This document shows, one piece after another, positions 15,850 through 25,373 of a stretch of DNA of 33,154 bases. The notes under the pieces are model-generated. The model made no database searches. It had not been told where the DNA came from and saw only the letters and a program-made list of their open reading frames with translations. The position numbers and the translations under genes are program-made. How positions within the stretch are numbered: the first letter of the stretch is position 1; each line of letters starts with the position of its first letter. The DNA comes from a virus (taxonomy: Duplodnaviria > Caudoviricetes): positions 1 through 33,154 of IMG/VR virus record IMGVR_UViG_3300005805_000267; one strand, given 5' to 3'.

Positions 15850-16761
15850 TTATCCAATGGCAATGCCATCCTCGTTGTATTCAATGTTTTTCTCGTTGTA
15901 GAGCTTTATTCTTATTGCTTTCGGAACCGCTTCCTCAGCCACAGGAACAAGTAAATGATTGCAGTTGTAACCACCTCTGTTCGATTGAAAGTTTCGACTA
16001 TTAGTGCCGGGGATCATTCCCTCTGTGCCTACATTCTTACCGTTGACAATGCCACGGCTTATACCTCCCAATTCAGTTTCATGCACCCATTCCTTTTTGA
16101 CCAGTGCATCACAGATGGGCCTGGATGCAGCAACCAATGGACCGACATACTGATACCATTTGAGGCCCAAGTCATCGGTGACAAGCTTTTGATAATTGGC
16201 TGTGTATTGATTAAGGCTGTCAGTCAGGACCTGCTTTGAATAACTGACCAGCTTTGGATCGACATCCTTGTTGCCAACCATAAAGTCCTTAAGCTTTTCG
16301 TTCATGTCCATAAAGGATGCACCACTGATGATGTCCTCCTCCAATATGTCCATGGCTCCCTGTATGACAGTATTGTTAATGGTGCTTTCGGATAGGCTTT
16401 CAAGCGTGCTGTTCAGGCTTACCCTTCGCATCTCGTTAATCACTTCCGGTGCTTCAAAGTCAGAAAAGACATCCGCAAAGTATTGCGATTGCAGTTTGCT
16501 GACATCATTGAAGGAACTGGACAGGTCATTGAGTTTGCCAATGTAGGCATCCCCAATGATGCGATCCTGTAAACGTATTTTGATGCGGTTAATGAGCCGC
16601 AAATTCTCAACGCTTACCCTGATGTTTCCGGATGCATTCAGTTTTAACTGATTCAACAAGCCCTGAATATCTTTGTATGAGGAACGTGCAAGATCAGGCA
16701 GTCCATCCATGAACTGCTCAATCTTGCCGTTTATCTCGTTGACTATTTTTTGGGGATCCAT
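15850..16761 (-). CDS. MuF-like minor head protein
   Basis: Directly after the portal; WYQYVG...SRPIC...RGGYNCNH motifs. Confidence 0.75.
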   Translation of the reverse strand: MDPQKIVNEINGKIEQFMDGLPDLARSSYKDIQGLLNQLKLNASGNIRVSVENLRLINRIKIRLQDRIIGDAYIGKLNDLSSSFNDVSKLQSQYFADVFSDFEAPEVINEMRRVSLNSTLESLSESTINNTVIQGAMDILEEDIISGASFMDMNEKLKDFMVGNKDVDPKLVSYSKQVLTDSLNQYTANYQKLVTDDLGLKWYQYVGPLVAASRPICDALVKKEWVHETELGGISRGIVNGKNVGTEGMIPGTNSRNFQSNRGGYNCNHLLVPVAEEAVPKAIRIKLYNEKNIEYNEDGIAIG

Positions 16762-18797
16762 TATTCAGCCGCAGGGGTAGTAATTGTCTTAGGTGTTCCA
16801 AGTAGCCTTCTACCTGTTTCCTCATCAAATCCATATATCTCATACAGCAATGTCACAGCGGCATTGTAATCAGTAATGCCTTTTGCAACAGACTCCTGGA
16901 TGGCAATAATACCCTGAACACCACCGACCGATCCTTTAAGATTTGCCTTGGCTTCAGCTTCTACATCAACCACATCGGCAGCGGCTTGTGTGCCATCCAC
17001 GATTGGAGTTGAAGTAGTTACCGCTTTCAATGTTGGGCTGATTTCCTCCATCTTAGTTTTGGCATAATTGGTCAATATGGTAAGCTTTGCCGATCTATCC
17101 ATTGTCAGGAAACCAGGCACCTGATCCATTGCCTGCTCCACGAATGTAACAATATAGTTGGATAAAATCACATCCTCCTTGGTCACCGCTTTTGTCAACA
17201 GCAGATCGGACTTTTCTTGTTCAGTCAGTCCAGGCAATGGATTGCATGACTTAATGGTGACAATCTTATCCCTCAATGTCGGGTTGTTATAGAAGTATTT
17301 GCTGACCAAATCAATCTCCATCTGATCGGTAATGAGCGGATCAACATTGGCCTGTTTAGCCGCAGATATCTGCTGCATCAATACACCTTCAGAAAATATA
17401 TCGAACTTCTGCGGAATGTTGATTGTCGGCAGCATCTGTTGCCTCACATCGTAGTTAGGCACCACAAGGCTATTCCTATACTCATTGATAAAGAAATAGA
17501 TATCATTCAGGATATTCTCAACAATGTGATAGTAAACGGCATAGACGAAGTTATTCGCCTCCTCCCTGTCATACTGTTTTGATACCCCTGACTGAGCCAG
17601 CGATCCGACAATGTAATCCATTCCAATGGATGACAAGGCATTGACAATATGGTTTTGAATACGCTTGTCTTGAACTTCAACAATATCAACAGGCTTGGTA
17701 AGGTATCCGGCAGGTGGAATAGGAACGGATGTGGGTGCCAGTCCTGACTGCTTAATCACGATTTCCTTTTCAGGTGAACGCTTAAAGTTACCATCACCGC
17801 TACATGTCGGACAAACAACCGATCCCTGTGCTGTTGGCACCTTGCCTAAACCATTACAGGTATTACAATCTTGTCCATCAATCCTCCACATGGTAGAGAA
17901 TATATTTTGGATCACCTCCGCATCCAAGTCAGACATTTCCCTGGCAGCTTTGTCAAGGCCCGGTAACATGCTTGAAATAAATGACTCATACAGGACATAA
18001 TCACCACCGTGCTTGTTCACAAATCCACCAAGCTGCCATGCCGGAAGGAATCCGATGTTGTGCTGCATCTTCAGGATCAGGTTATATTTTATCTCTGATC
18101 CCATGCCTGCAACCTGCTCAGCTTCCCATATCTCAGTGCTGGTCATGATAACCAACACCTTACCGTTGTTGTATGTGCGGCCACCAGCATTGTATGATAC
18201 CTTCCTGTCACTTTCAAATACCAAATACTCGTTCATCTTGTAATCCAGCACATTCTTGCTGTCAATACAATATGAGTATGGTTTGTAGTATTCGGATGGC
18301 TCAACCTCATAGCTGATTGGCATCATGGCGATGATACCGTTTGGATCGGTCAATAGCTTCTTAATTCCAAAGCTATACAGCCAATTCTCAACGCTGTTCC
18401 AATATGGGTAATTCTCTTCGGTGTATGTCTCCAGGCTTTCGCTGTCCTTAATTGTGGGAGGCTTGAGTGAATTGGTCCAACTGATCGACCAGTCCTCTGA
18501 CCTCACACCTTTTTTAAGGATGTTCAGCACCTTGAAACACGGTGTCTTATTTTCGGGGATGTAGTTGTCTCTCCTCCACTGCTTGTATCTTTCGCTTTCC
18601 CCTGGTCTCATTGTGTCAATCAACCTGTTAAAATAGGGATTGCCATCAATGACTGTATGCTCATCTATTGCTTTCCTAAAAAAGCCATCAAAGTGGAATG
18701 ATACATGGTGATGCTCATCCACACTTTGCTCATACCAGTGGTGCCTTTTGCGACCACTGAAGTAAGGATCCACGAAGGACCTGTCAACAATTATCAT
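16761..18797 (-). CDS. Portal protein with a DnaJ-type CxxCxGxG insertion
   Basis: 678 aa preceding MuF, scaffold and capsid genes; AQSGVSKQYDR portal-like motif; CNTCNGLG...CPTCSGDG. Confidence 0.7.
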   Translation of the reverse strand: MIIVDRSFVDPYFSGRKRHHWYEQSVDEHHHVSFHFDGFFRKAIDEHTVIDGNPYFNRLIDTMRPGESERYKQWRRDNYIPENKTPCFKVLNILKKGVRSEDWSISWTNSLKPPTIKDSESLETYTEENYPYWNSVENWLYSFGIKKLLTDPNGIIAMMPISYEVEPSEYYKPYSYCIDSKNVLDYKMNEYLVFESDRKVSYNAGGRTYNNGKVLVIMTSTEIWEAEQVAGMGSEIKYNLILKMQHNIGFLPAWQLGGFVNKHGGDYVLYESFISSMLPGLDKAAREMSDLDAEVIQNIFSTMWRIDGQDCNTCNGLGKVPTAQGSVVCPTCSGDGNFKRSPEKEIVIKQSGLAPTSVPIPPAGYLTKPVDIVEVQDKRIQNHIVNALSSIGMDYIVGSLAQSGVSKQYDREEANNFVYAVYYHIVENILNDIYFFINEYRNSLVVPNYDVRQQMLPTINIPQKFDIFSEGVLMQQISAAKQANVDPLITDQMEIDLVSKYFYNNPTLRDKIVTIKSCNPLPGLTEQEKSDLLLTKAVTKEDVILSNYIVTFVEQAMDQVPGFLTMDRSAKLTILTNYAKTKMEEISPTLKAVTTSTPIVDGTQAAADVVDVEAEAKANLKGSVGGVQGIIAIQESVAKGITDYNAAVTLLYEIYGFDEETGRRLLGTPKTITTPAAE

Positions 18798-18804
18798 GTT
18801 ACGG

Positions 18805-19677
18805 TTAAATTACTGCCCTCTCAGGCAAAAATTTGTTTTTGTCTGTTAATGGGAAAAAGTATTCCCCGGCTGCATTAGTGTAACTTTTTGCCAAGTTATT
18901 GTAAAAATCTCGAACACCGTTTGAGTAAATGCTGCCACCAAAACTGCACAGGTAAAACTGCTGATACATATCCGCTGGCTTCATGTTCATCTTATTGAAC
19001 GGCTCCCAGTATGCCGGGAGGAATGGAGCGGTATGCGGATACATTTTGGTTTGCATGGTTGCAATGATGAATGACAATTCATCCGGTTGGTTTTGGCCAA
19101 ATATTTTGTAATTGACTTTCGGATAGTCAAATGCCTTTTTCACTTTGTCGAATAGGCCCTTGACATCCTTGTTTTTCTTAAAGTAAATGAATTCACTGCT
19201 CAGGTGGTAGATCGTTTCATCCTTGAATCCATACGCATCCCTGATGTCTGCAACGCTTGCCCACTGGACAAAGCCCTCATTTGCAATGTCAATAGCCATT
19301 GCCCCACGATTAGACATGGTAAAGTCAACAGCATTCAGCTCGGCAAACAGGCTTTCAACCCTTTTGCGAGGTAGCCAAATCATGTCAACATCCAGATATA
19401 ACGTCTCATCGTAGGGCGATAGCTCATATATGCTGGTCTTTAGCTTGAAAATATCCTTTATCCCCAGGCTTTTGGATGTATAGTGTTGTGGCTTTGCCTC
19501 AATGATTTGATCAAAGATGGCAAGCTTTGTCACACCCAAATGACTGATCCCATTGCCCTCATAAACGATGGACACAGGTATGTCATTGCTGTTTGCCTTG
19601 AGTGATAACGCAATCTGATAGGCATAGTTTCCGTAATACGGATGCCCGGCTGCGATTAGGAGTATTCCTTGCTTCAT
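18805..19677 (-). CDS. Glycosyltransferase, GT-A fold (GT8-like)
   Basis: GILLIA...ALSLK...FDQII...KLK...SPYDETLYLDVD (DxD) and a C-terminal QPDE. Confidence 0.8.
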   Translation of the reverse strand: MKQGILLIAAGHPYYGNYAYQIALSLKANSNDIPVSIVYEGNGISHLGVTKLAIFDQIIEAKPQHYTSKSLGIKDIFKLKTSIYELSPYDETLYLDVDMIWLPRKRVESLFAELNAVDFTMSNRGAMAIDIANEGFVQWASVADIRDAYGFKDETIYHLSSEFIYFKKNKDVKGLFDKVKKAFDYPKVNYKIFGQNQPDELSFIIATMQTKMYPHTAPFLPAYWEPFNKMNMKPADMYQQFYLCSFGGSIYSNGVRDFYNNLAKSYTNAAGEYFFPLTDKNKFLPERAVI

Positions 19678-19678
19678 G

Positions 19679-19828
19679 TTATTTTTTTTTGCTTCCGCCT
19701 TTTTTTAATGGGCCAAATGCCGATGTCAATGCCATTGCTACGGCTTGCTTTTGCGGATACCCTTTTTTGATTTCCATTCTGATATTTTCAGATATGACCT
19801 TTTTAGAACTTCCTTTTTTAAGTGGCAT
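19679..19828 (-). CDS. Small basic phage protein, 49 aa
   Basis: Not in the ORF track; MPLKKGSSKKVISENIRMEIKKGYPQKQAVAMALTSAFGPLKKGGSKKK*, a recognisable small phage family found near head genes. Confidence 0.75.
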   Translation of the reverse strand: MPLKKGSSKKVISENIRMEIKKGYPQKQAVAMALTSAFGPLKKGGSKKK

Positions 19829-19843
19829 AGCTTTTTATATTTT

Positions 19844-20452
19844 TTAGGAACGTTTAATTCCGTATTTCCAATCGTGATTTTCATGCTTATAGCGGTAAAT
19901 ATACATTTTTTTATCAATAAAGACCTCAGTTTTCAACAGTGGATGGATTTTTTTTGCGAAATCAGCATCCTCCCCGAATCGCATATCGGCACATCCAACC
20001 TGCTTGCACAGTGAAGTCCGGATCGGATTCTTGAAGTATGGGGTGCGGACATAGTCATAAAGCCCTACATTGCTATCCCATTGTTTCCATTTCATTGATA
20101 TGCAGCTTGTTTTAAACTTGCGACCCTCAATGGATACCTCTTCCAAGTAACCAATGGTGTCCGGATCATCCTTGGCGGCTTTCAATATATGTGGAATGTA
20201 GTCAGGACCCAGCCAATCATCATCATCCAGCATCATCATGTACTTCCCGGTTGCCCGGTCAATAAGTTTCTGCCTTTTGGCTCCGATGCTTATTTCTTTG
20301 TTATCCTGTTCGTAAATAACCTCCACCTCATTCTCCCATCCACCTGTTGCAATGGTCCGCAGAAGTGTATTGTATAAGATGCCAAACTGAAATTCACGAT
20401 CCATGACGGTAGGGATGGCGATGGTAAGTATTGGGTTTACATGCCCTGACAT
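19844..20452 (-). CDS. Glycosyltransferase family 2-like
   Basis: LTIAIPT, SIGAKRQKLIDRATGKYMMMLDDDD and GEDADF motifs. Confidence 0.88.
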   Translation of the reverse strand: MSGHVNPILTIAIPTVMDREFQFGILYNTLLRTIATGGWENEVEVIYEQDNKEISIGAKRQKLIDRATGKYMMMLDDDDWLGPDYIPHILKAAKDDPDTIGYLEEVSIEGRKFKTSCISMKWKQWDSNVGLYDYVRTPYFKNPIRTSLCKQVGCADMRFGEDADFAKKIHPLLKTEVFIDKKMYIYRYKHENHDWKYGIKRS

Positions 20453-21096
20453 TGAAATATAGTTTTATTGTTTATCCCATCGGTGTATGCCAGGTAGTTA
20501 CCCAGTTCCGTTGGTTTGTATCCAAGTTTGTATGCGATCAGCGATGCAGCTGATTGGTCTTGCCGGTGATGCATAAAACGATAGTCACCGCTTTGGCCGG
20601 CATGGTCTCGGCTTCCGTTAAATACTCCATCAATGGCCGCCTTAATAAACATCTCCATGAAGGTATGACCGATCTCGGTGTCAATATCCACACCCATCAT
20701 GCCGCTGGAAACCATCGGTATATTCATTGCTTCATCCCTGCTGATACCATAGTAATTCAATGAGAAGTCATTGCATTCCTGAGCGGCAGTGTAGCCGTTG
20801 GTCTCAAAGTAAATGCCGTGCTTTTCAATGGTATCAAACAATGGCATGGGAGGCTGGAGGCAGATCATCGAACAGTCCAACCATAGCAGTGACTTGTAAC
20901 CGTAATCAATGGCTGACATCATTGCCGCAGCTTTGATGGTGTAGTGGCAATTTTTGTCATAGACATCATTGATCGGCTCATTGTGGTATTGGACAATGTT
21001 TGTCCAACCGTTGTCCTCCAGTGATTGCTTTAACCGGGCGGCACCTTTGTGATACCATCCACCCTGACCGATGTATGCGTTAACGATTGCCCTCAT
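20437..21096 (-). CDS. Glycosyltransferase-like protein (GT-A fold; LWLD and HRxDQS motifs)
   Basis: YTIKAAA...LLWLDCS...HRQDQSAASLI; likely ATG at 21096. Confidence 0.7.
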   Translation of the reverse strand: MRAIVNAYIGQGGWYHKGAARLKQSLEDNGWTNIVQYHNEPINDVYDKNCHYTIKAAAMMSAIDYGYKSLLWLDCSMICLQPPMPLFDTIEKHGIYFETNGYTAAQECNDFSLNYYGISRDEAMNIPMVSSGMMGVDIDTEIGHTFMEMFIKAAIDGVFNGSRDHAGQSGDYRFMHHRQDQSAASLIAYKLGYKPTELGNYLAYTDGINNKTIFQCQGM

Positions 21097-21775
21097 GTAG
21101 ATCAAATCCTTTTGCGTGCCTGTTATGGTAATTAACCATGTCCTGCTTAAAGTAGCTTTGTGTTTTCCTCATCAATTCATCCGGAGCCTGTCCGGGAGTA
21201 TTGCTGAAATGAACATGCTTGAACAGGACCTGATCAAAGAATGGCAGTTTATTCAACCGCTTGCCTACCTCGGTGTATTCATTGTCGCACCATAGGCTGA
21301 CATAGGATGGATGGTATAGGTATCCAAAACGCTCGTAATACTTCCGACCCATGATGTTCATGGTACACAGTCCGTTTCGCCTGGTTTGATGGTCACCATC
21401 CCAAAACCACAAACCGCCATCGGTATCCGGAAAGTGATAAGCCATGGTATCGGCAATGATTTGATCCCATCCATGCTGCACACAAATCATATCATCGGAT
21501 GCCAATACGACAATATCCCAATGCTCCTTATACTGAGCCATGCCTCTGTTGATGGCATGAATCTTTGAGGTGCTGCTACCGTGGTTTATGGTTGCCCGGT
21601 CAGTCATCCATTGGATGCGTTTGATGACATCCGCATTCATGGTTGGATCATCACTATCACACGTTATGAGATAGTCCACAGTGGCCACACCGACAGTGTT
21701 GTCGATGTAGCCTTTTAATGTGGATAGGAACTTCTCAGGGCGGCTCCTTGTCGGGAATTTAACGAGTATTTTCAT
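21080..21775 (-). CDS. Glycosyltransferase family 2-like
   Basis: ILVKFPTRSR, CDSDD, KIHAINRG, VVLASDDM and WCDNE motifs; ATG at 21775 overlaps the upstream TAA (TAATG). Confidence 0.82.
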   Translation of the reverse strand: MKILVKFPTRSRPEKFLSTLKGYIDNTVGVATVDYLITCDSDDPTMNADVIKRIQWMTDRATINHGSSTSKIHAINRGMAQYKEHWDIVVLASDDMICVQHGWDQIIADTMAYHFPDTDGGLWFWDGDHQTRRNGLCTMNIMGRKYYERFGYLYHPSYVSLWCDNEYTEVGKRLNKLPFFDQVLFKHVHFSNTPGQAPDELMRKTQSYFKQDMVNYHNRHAKGFDLHEGNR

Positions 21776-23361
21776 TAACAATTACAGCTTTTCGCAGTGG
21801 TCTGCCATTCGTAGTCCTCTACGCAGTCAGCACCGCAGTTTTTATTTTCAACCAGTTGCACCTTTTCGGATACATTGAATGACACGATCGCCTCAATGTC
21901 ATTGCGTGATGGGTAACTCACCTGGTATTCATCATCATCCACGAAATATTCACGATTGTCAATGAACATGTGATCGTAACCGCTAAGAGTGCTAAGATAA
22001 TCATGCACATACTCAGCCACAGCCGGATCGACACGGAAGTTTTTCGACCTCCTTCGCTTGTAATATATGGTGTTTTTGTTACCTGCACTGTCCTCAAATG
22101 ATTCCCTTTCGGTCATGTATGATGCCCTGACAAGCTTTGAATATAGCCTGATCTGAGGCACAAAGTTACTATTACAAAACTTAAATCCAAGTGCATCCTT
22201 GTCACAATATGATTTGATCAAGTGAGTGCAGTCATAACTTCCAATCTTAACCGGAGTGCTGCAACAGTCACAGGTGTATGATGTTTCGCATACAAACAAT
22301 GTCATGTTTGTAAGGTTTACCACATGCACAGGCTCATCATTGTACTGGCTTTGAAATATCAAGGTAATAGGGGTGTTGATATCCCAGTTGTTTAAGTTGA
22401 CACAAAACGTGCCGTTTGTTGTGTACCATCCGGAGATAGTATTGCCATACAGAAATCTAAACCGTGCAGCTATGATGTTATTAATTGTGGGAATTGTAAA
22501 ACAAAACTTAAAACAGCTGCCTTGAAGGTTCGGGTTGATATTGAACGATATGTCAATGGATGCACTGCCTGTATTGGATCCGCTGTTATATGTCATGACA
22601 TTATTTGTCGGATATGTCAGGGTTGCGTTATCCAAGGTTGGAGTGCCTTCAGTCCTTGTCTGCATAAAATCATCAAACTGTGCATTGGTGTTCAGACATG
22701 GATCAACAATGCAAAGGGTGTAACATCCGGATGCAATACCAAGGGCTGCCCAGTCCACCGATACCGTTGCGTAATTGGATGACCAGTTGATCGTGGTTTC
22801 AGTGGCCACATAGTCACCATCCATGTCACGCACCTGGATGACATAGTTTGTCGGCACATCGCATACGATGGCAGGTACTGAATAAATGAATACACATATC
22901 TCACTGCCTGCGGTAGGAGTCAAAACAAGGGTACCATTGGTAGTTGATACGTTGGTGTAAAATTCATACGTTCCGGCCTGTGTAACCGTGCCAAGCAATT
23001 CACTGTCATCGGCTCCGATGATCCATACTGCCACGCTTCCGGTAACGCTAAGGAATGTTATTTTGACATAAGTCAAATACCCATCAGTGTTCACATCACC
23101 GATAGGCACATCTAAGCTTCCAACATCATCACCGGAGAAACAATAGTCAGCACCTACACCGGATGCCCATCCATCGCCAAGGGTCGTTCCTTCAAAGTCA
23201 AGGTTATTGGTGCAATTTGTTTCGCAATAGGTAGCTTTGAACTGAAACTGTGTATCATCAGATGCATCAACAATTTGAACATATTTGCTTGATGGCTCGG
23301 CACAATCGTCAAGGTCATTGATGAATGAAATAGGTTGATTAGGTATGTATGTAGTTGCCAT
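21775..23361 (-). CDS. Tail-tip/baseplate-associated structural protein (Cys/Thr-rich)
   Basis: 528 aa, beta-rich, second gene after the tape measure; TAATG-coupled on both sides. Confidence 0.55.
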   Translation of the reverse strand: MATTYIPNQPISFINDLDDCAEPSSKYVQIVDASDDTQFQFKATYCETNCTNNLDFEGTTLGDGWASGVGADYCFSGDDVGSLDVPIGDVNTDGYLTYVKITFLSVTGSVAVWIIGADDSELLGTVTQAGTYEFYTNVSTTNGTLVLTPTAGSEICVFIYSVPAIVCDVPTNYVIQVRDMDGDYVATETTINWSSNYATVSVDWAALGIASGCYTLCIVDPCLNTNAQFDDFMQTRTEGTPTLDNATLTYPTNNVMTYNSGSNTGSASIDISFNINPNLQGSCFKFCFTIPTINNIIAARFRFLYGNTISGWYTTNGTFCVNLNNWDINTPITLIFQSQYNDEPVHVVNLTNMTLFVCETSYTCDCCSTPVKIGSYDCTHLIKSYCDKDALGFKFCNSNFVPQIRLYSKLVRASYMTERESFEDSAGNKNTIYYKRRRSKNFRVDPAVAEYVHDYLSTLSGYDHMFIDNREYFVDDDEYQVSYPSRNDIEAIVSFNVSEKVQLVENKNCGADCVEDYEWQTTAKSCNC

Positions 23362-25373
23362 TATGCGTTATTAAAATTTGAAGTGAGAGTGAATTTTGTC
23401 AGTCCGGTAGCTTTGTTGCGTTCGATCTTACGCAACCATCCCTTTTGACCAGGATTTGATGTCATGCTGAAACGCATGAAATTCTGTGGGTTATTGACAA
23501 TAGCTGTCCATTCTGCTTCCGATAGCACCTGCTCAAATTCGTATATGGAAGTAAAGTAATTATTTGGGTCCTTGGTTTGTCCGATGATACCACCACCATA
23601 CGATCCAGCTATCAAACGAAAGAAACCGTTTTGAATGTTGTAGGTCATAGTTCCACCATAGACGGCAGGGAATCCTGTTTTATAATATCCAGTAACCGAT
23701 GCCTGAACAGCCACCGATTCACCTGCAAGCAAAAAGATACTATTGCCGCCAGTGATGGGTCTTACACCTACCTTTGGAGCAAAACCAGGAAACAATACAT
23801 CATATCTACCATTTACTATTTGCACCAATGTGCCGGATGTGTCATACTTTCTAAACAATATCTGCTGAATACCAATATACCAATAGTTATTCTGCGGATT
23901 AGTACCGACCTGTGTATTGACTGTGGTATTGGTTTCATAGGATGCCTCAAACGTGTATAGTGCGGTCTGTGGTGCAGTGTAGCGATAGGTAACCGTGCTG
24001 TAATCATTACCCGGATCCTGATTCGGTGGAGTGCTGTCATCCTGATAGGCCAAATCAATGTATGTATCACCAAATTGGGTTAATATTGCAGATCCTACCT
24101 TTGTTACCGATGGTTCGGCAATAGTCTTGGATGCCCTGAATACAGGTGTGCCTGGTCCTAAATTTTTCGCCAGTTGACCCTGCACATTAAAACGTGCAGC
24201 TACCTCTACGTTGGTAAATATCTTGTTGTAATAAATACGCTGTGGTGAGAATACCGGGGCATCCACATCATTCCAATAGTCTGCCTGATTAGTCAGGTAA
24301 TCATATTGCACAAATACGTTCATGTTATCATAGTCCGTATTTGCAGTGTCCGATGTGGTCAGCCCTTGGATGATATTGCTATCAATCACATAACTGCTCA
24401 CCAGGTCAAGCTCCTCATCCGTGTTGCATTCGCCTTGGATGTAGTATTCCTCCTTTTGGAAGGTCACAAACGGATAAGGGAACAATGCGAATTGAGTGCC
24501 GAGCAAATTAGGCAATGGCATCGTGGTGCTTCCAATGTTCACCTGTGCGTAAAACTTGTCACTGTCAAATGACTCAATCAATTCAGGTATATCCGTGATG
24601 CTGACGGTCTGGGTGGCAGTGTTCTTAAAGTAATCGTAGTTCTCAATCCGGATGCGTGGGTTGCCATTGGCATCCTTCTCCACAGCGAATACCAGGTTGA
24701 ACTTTTTGTGCATCTCAATAAACAGTTCCTGAAAGCTGACATTGGGTGGTATCCTTCGTGGTGCAGTGTAACGCAGCGTTGTGCCTGAACATAACAGGAC
24801 CCGTTCCGATTGTGGCAGGTTGTCATACCAATCCGATACAAAGCCTACCGTGCCATCCGTCATGAAGTCAATCAGGAAGCGAAACACATCCTTAACATCG
24901 TAACCGGTCCGGGTGAATGGCTGGATCACTTGGTAAGGATCAAAGAAAAACACTATCAATTCCGTGGCTGGAGTAATTGCCACCCCATTCTTTGACTCCT
25001 CGGCATTAACATACGTTTTAATGTTACGGTTGCCAAATATCTTAGAGGTATAGCTGTTGTCTTCAAACTCCACCTCCACCGTACACTTGGACCTGTTAAA
25101 CTTTGCCTCAGTCAAAAATATAAAGCCATCCAGGACAATGGTTGGTATCTCTGATCCGCACTGATACCATACCTGCAATGGAAGCCGGTTGCAGTATCCG
25201 TTTGTGGTAAGGTAGTTGCTGATCAGGTCATAACCATCATTGGTGAAAGTAAACTTTTGGTTGTACTTCATCAGGATGCCGTTGAACTGCTGATCGTATT
25301 CCAATGTCTCGGTGAACTCGGCCCACTCCAGTGGATCGGTTACCGTTGTGTTGTCTATTTTGAATGTAAACAT
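23361..25373 (-). CDS. Tail-tip protein (distal tail/hub-like)
   Basis: 670 aa directly after the tape measure; TAATG-coupled. Confidence 0.6.
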   Translation of the reverse strand: MFTFKIDNTTVTDPLEWAEFTETLEYDQQFNGILMKYNQKFTFTNDGYDLISNYLTTNGYCNRLPLQVWYQCGSEIPTIVLDGFIFLTEAKFNRSKCTVEVEFEDNSYTSKIFGNRNIKTYVNAEESKNGVAITPATELIVFFFDPYQVIQPFTRTGYDVKDVFRFLIDFMTDGTVGFVSDWYDNLPQSERVLLCSGTTLRYTAPRRIPPNVSFQELFIEMHKKFNLVFAVEKDANGNPRIRIENYDYFKNTATQTVSITDIPELIESFDSDKFYAQVNIGSTTMPLPNLLGTQFALFPYPFVTFQKEEYYIQGECNTDEELDLVSSYVIDSNIIQGLTTSDTANTDYDNMNVFVQYDYLTNQADYWNDVDAPVFSPQRIYYNKIFTNVEVAARFNVQGQLAKNLGPGTPVFRASKTIAEPSVTKVGSAILTQFGDTYIDLAYQDDSTPPNQDPGNDYSTVTYRYTAPQTALYTFEASYETNTTVNTQVGTNPQNNYWYIGIQQILFRKYDTSGTLVQIVNGRYDVLFPGFAPKVGVRPITGGNSIFLLAGESVAVQASVTGYYKTGFPAVYGGTMTYNIQNGFFRLIAGSYGGGIIGQTKDPNNYFTSIYEFEQVLSEAEWTAIVNNPQNFMRFSMTSNPGQKGWLRKIERNKATGLTKFTLTSNFNNA

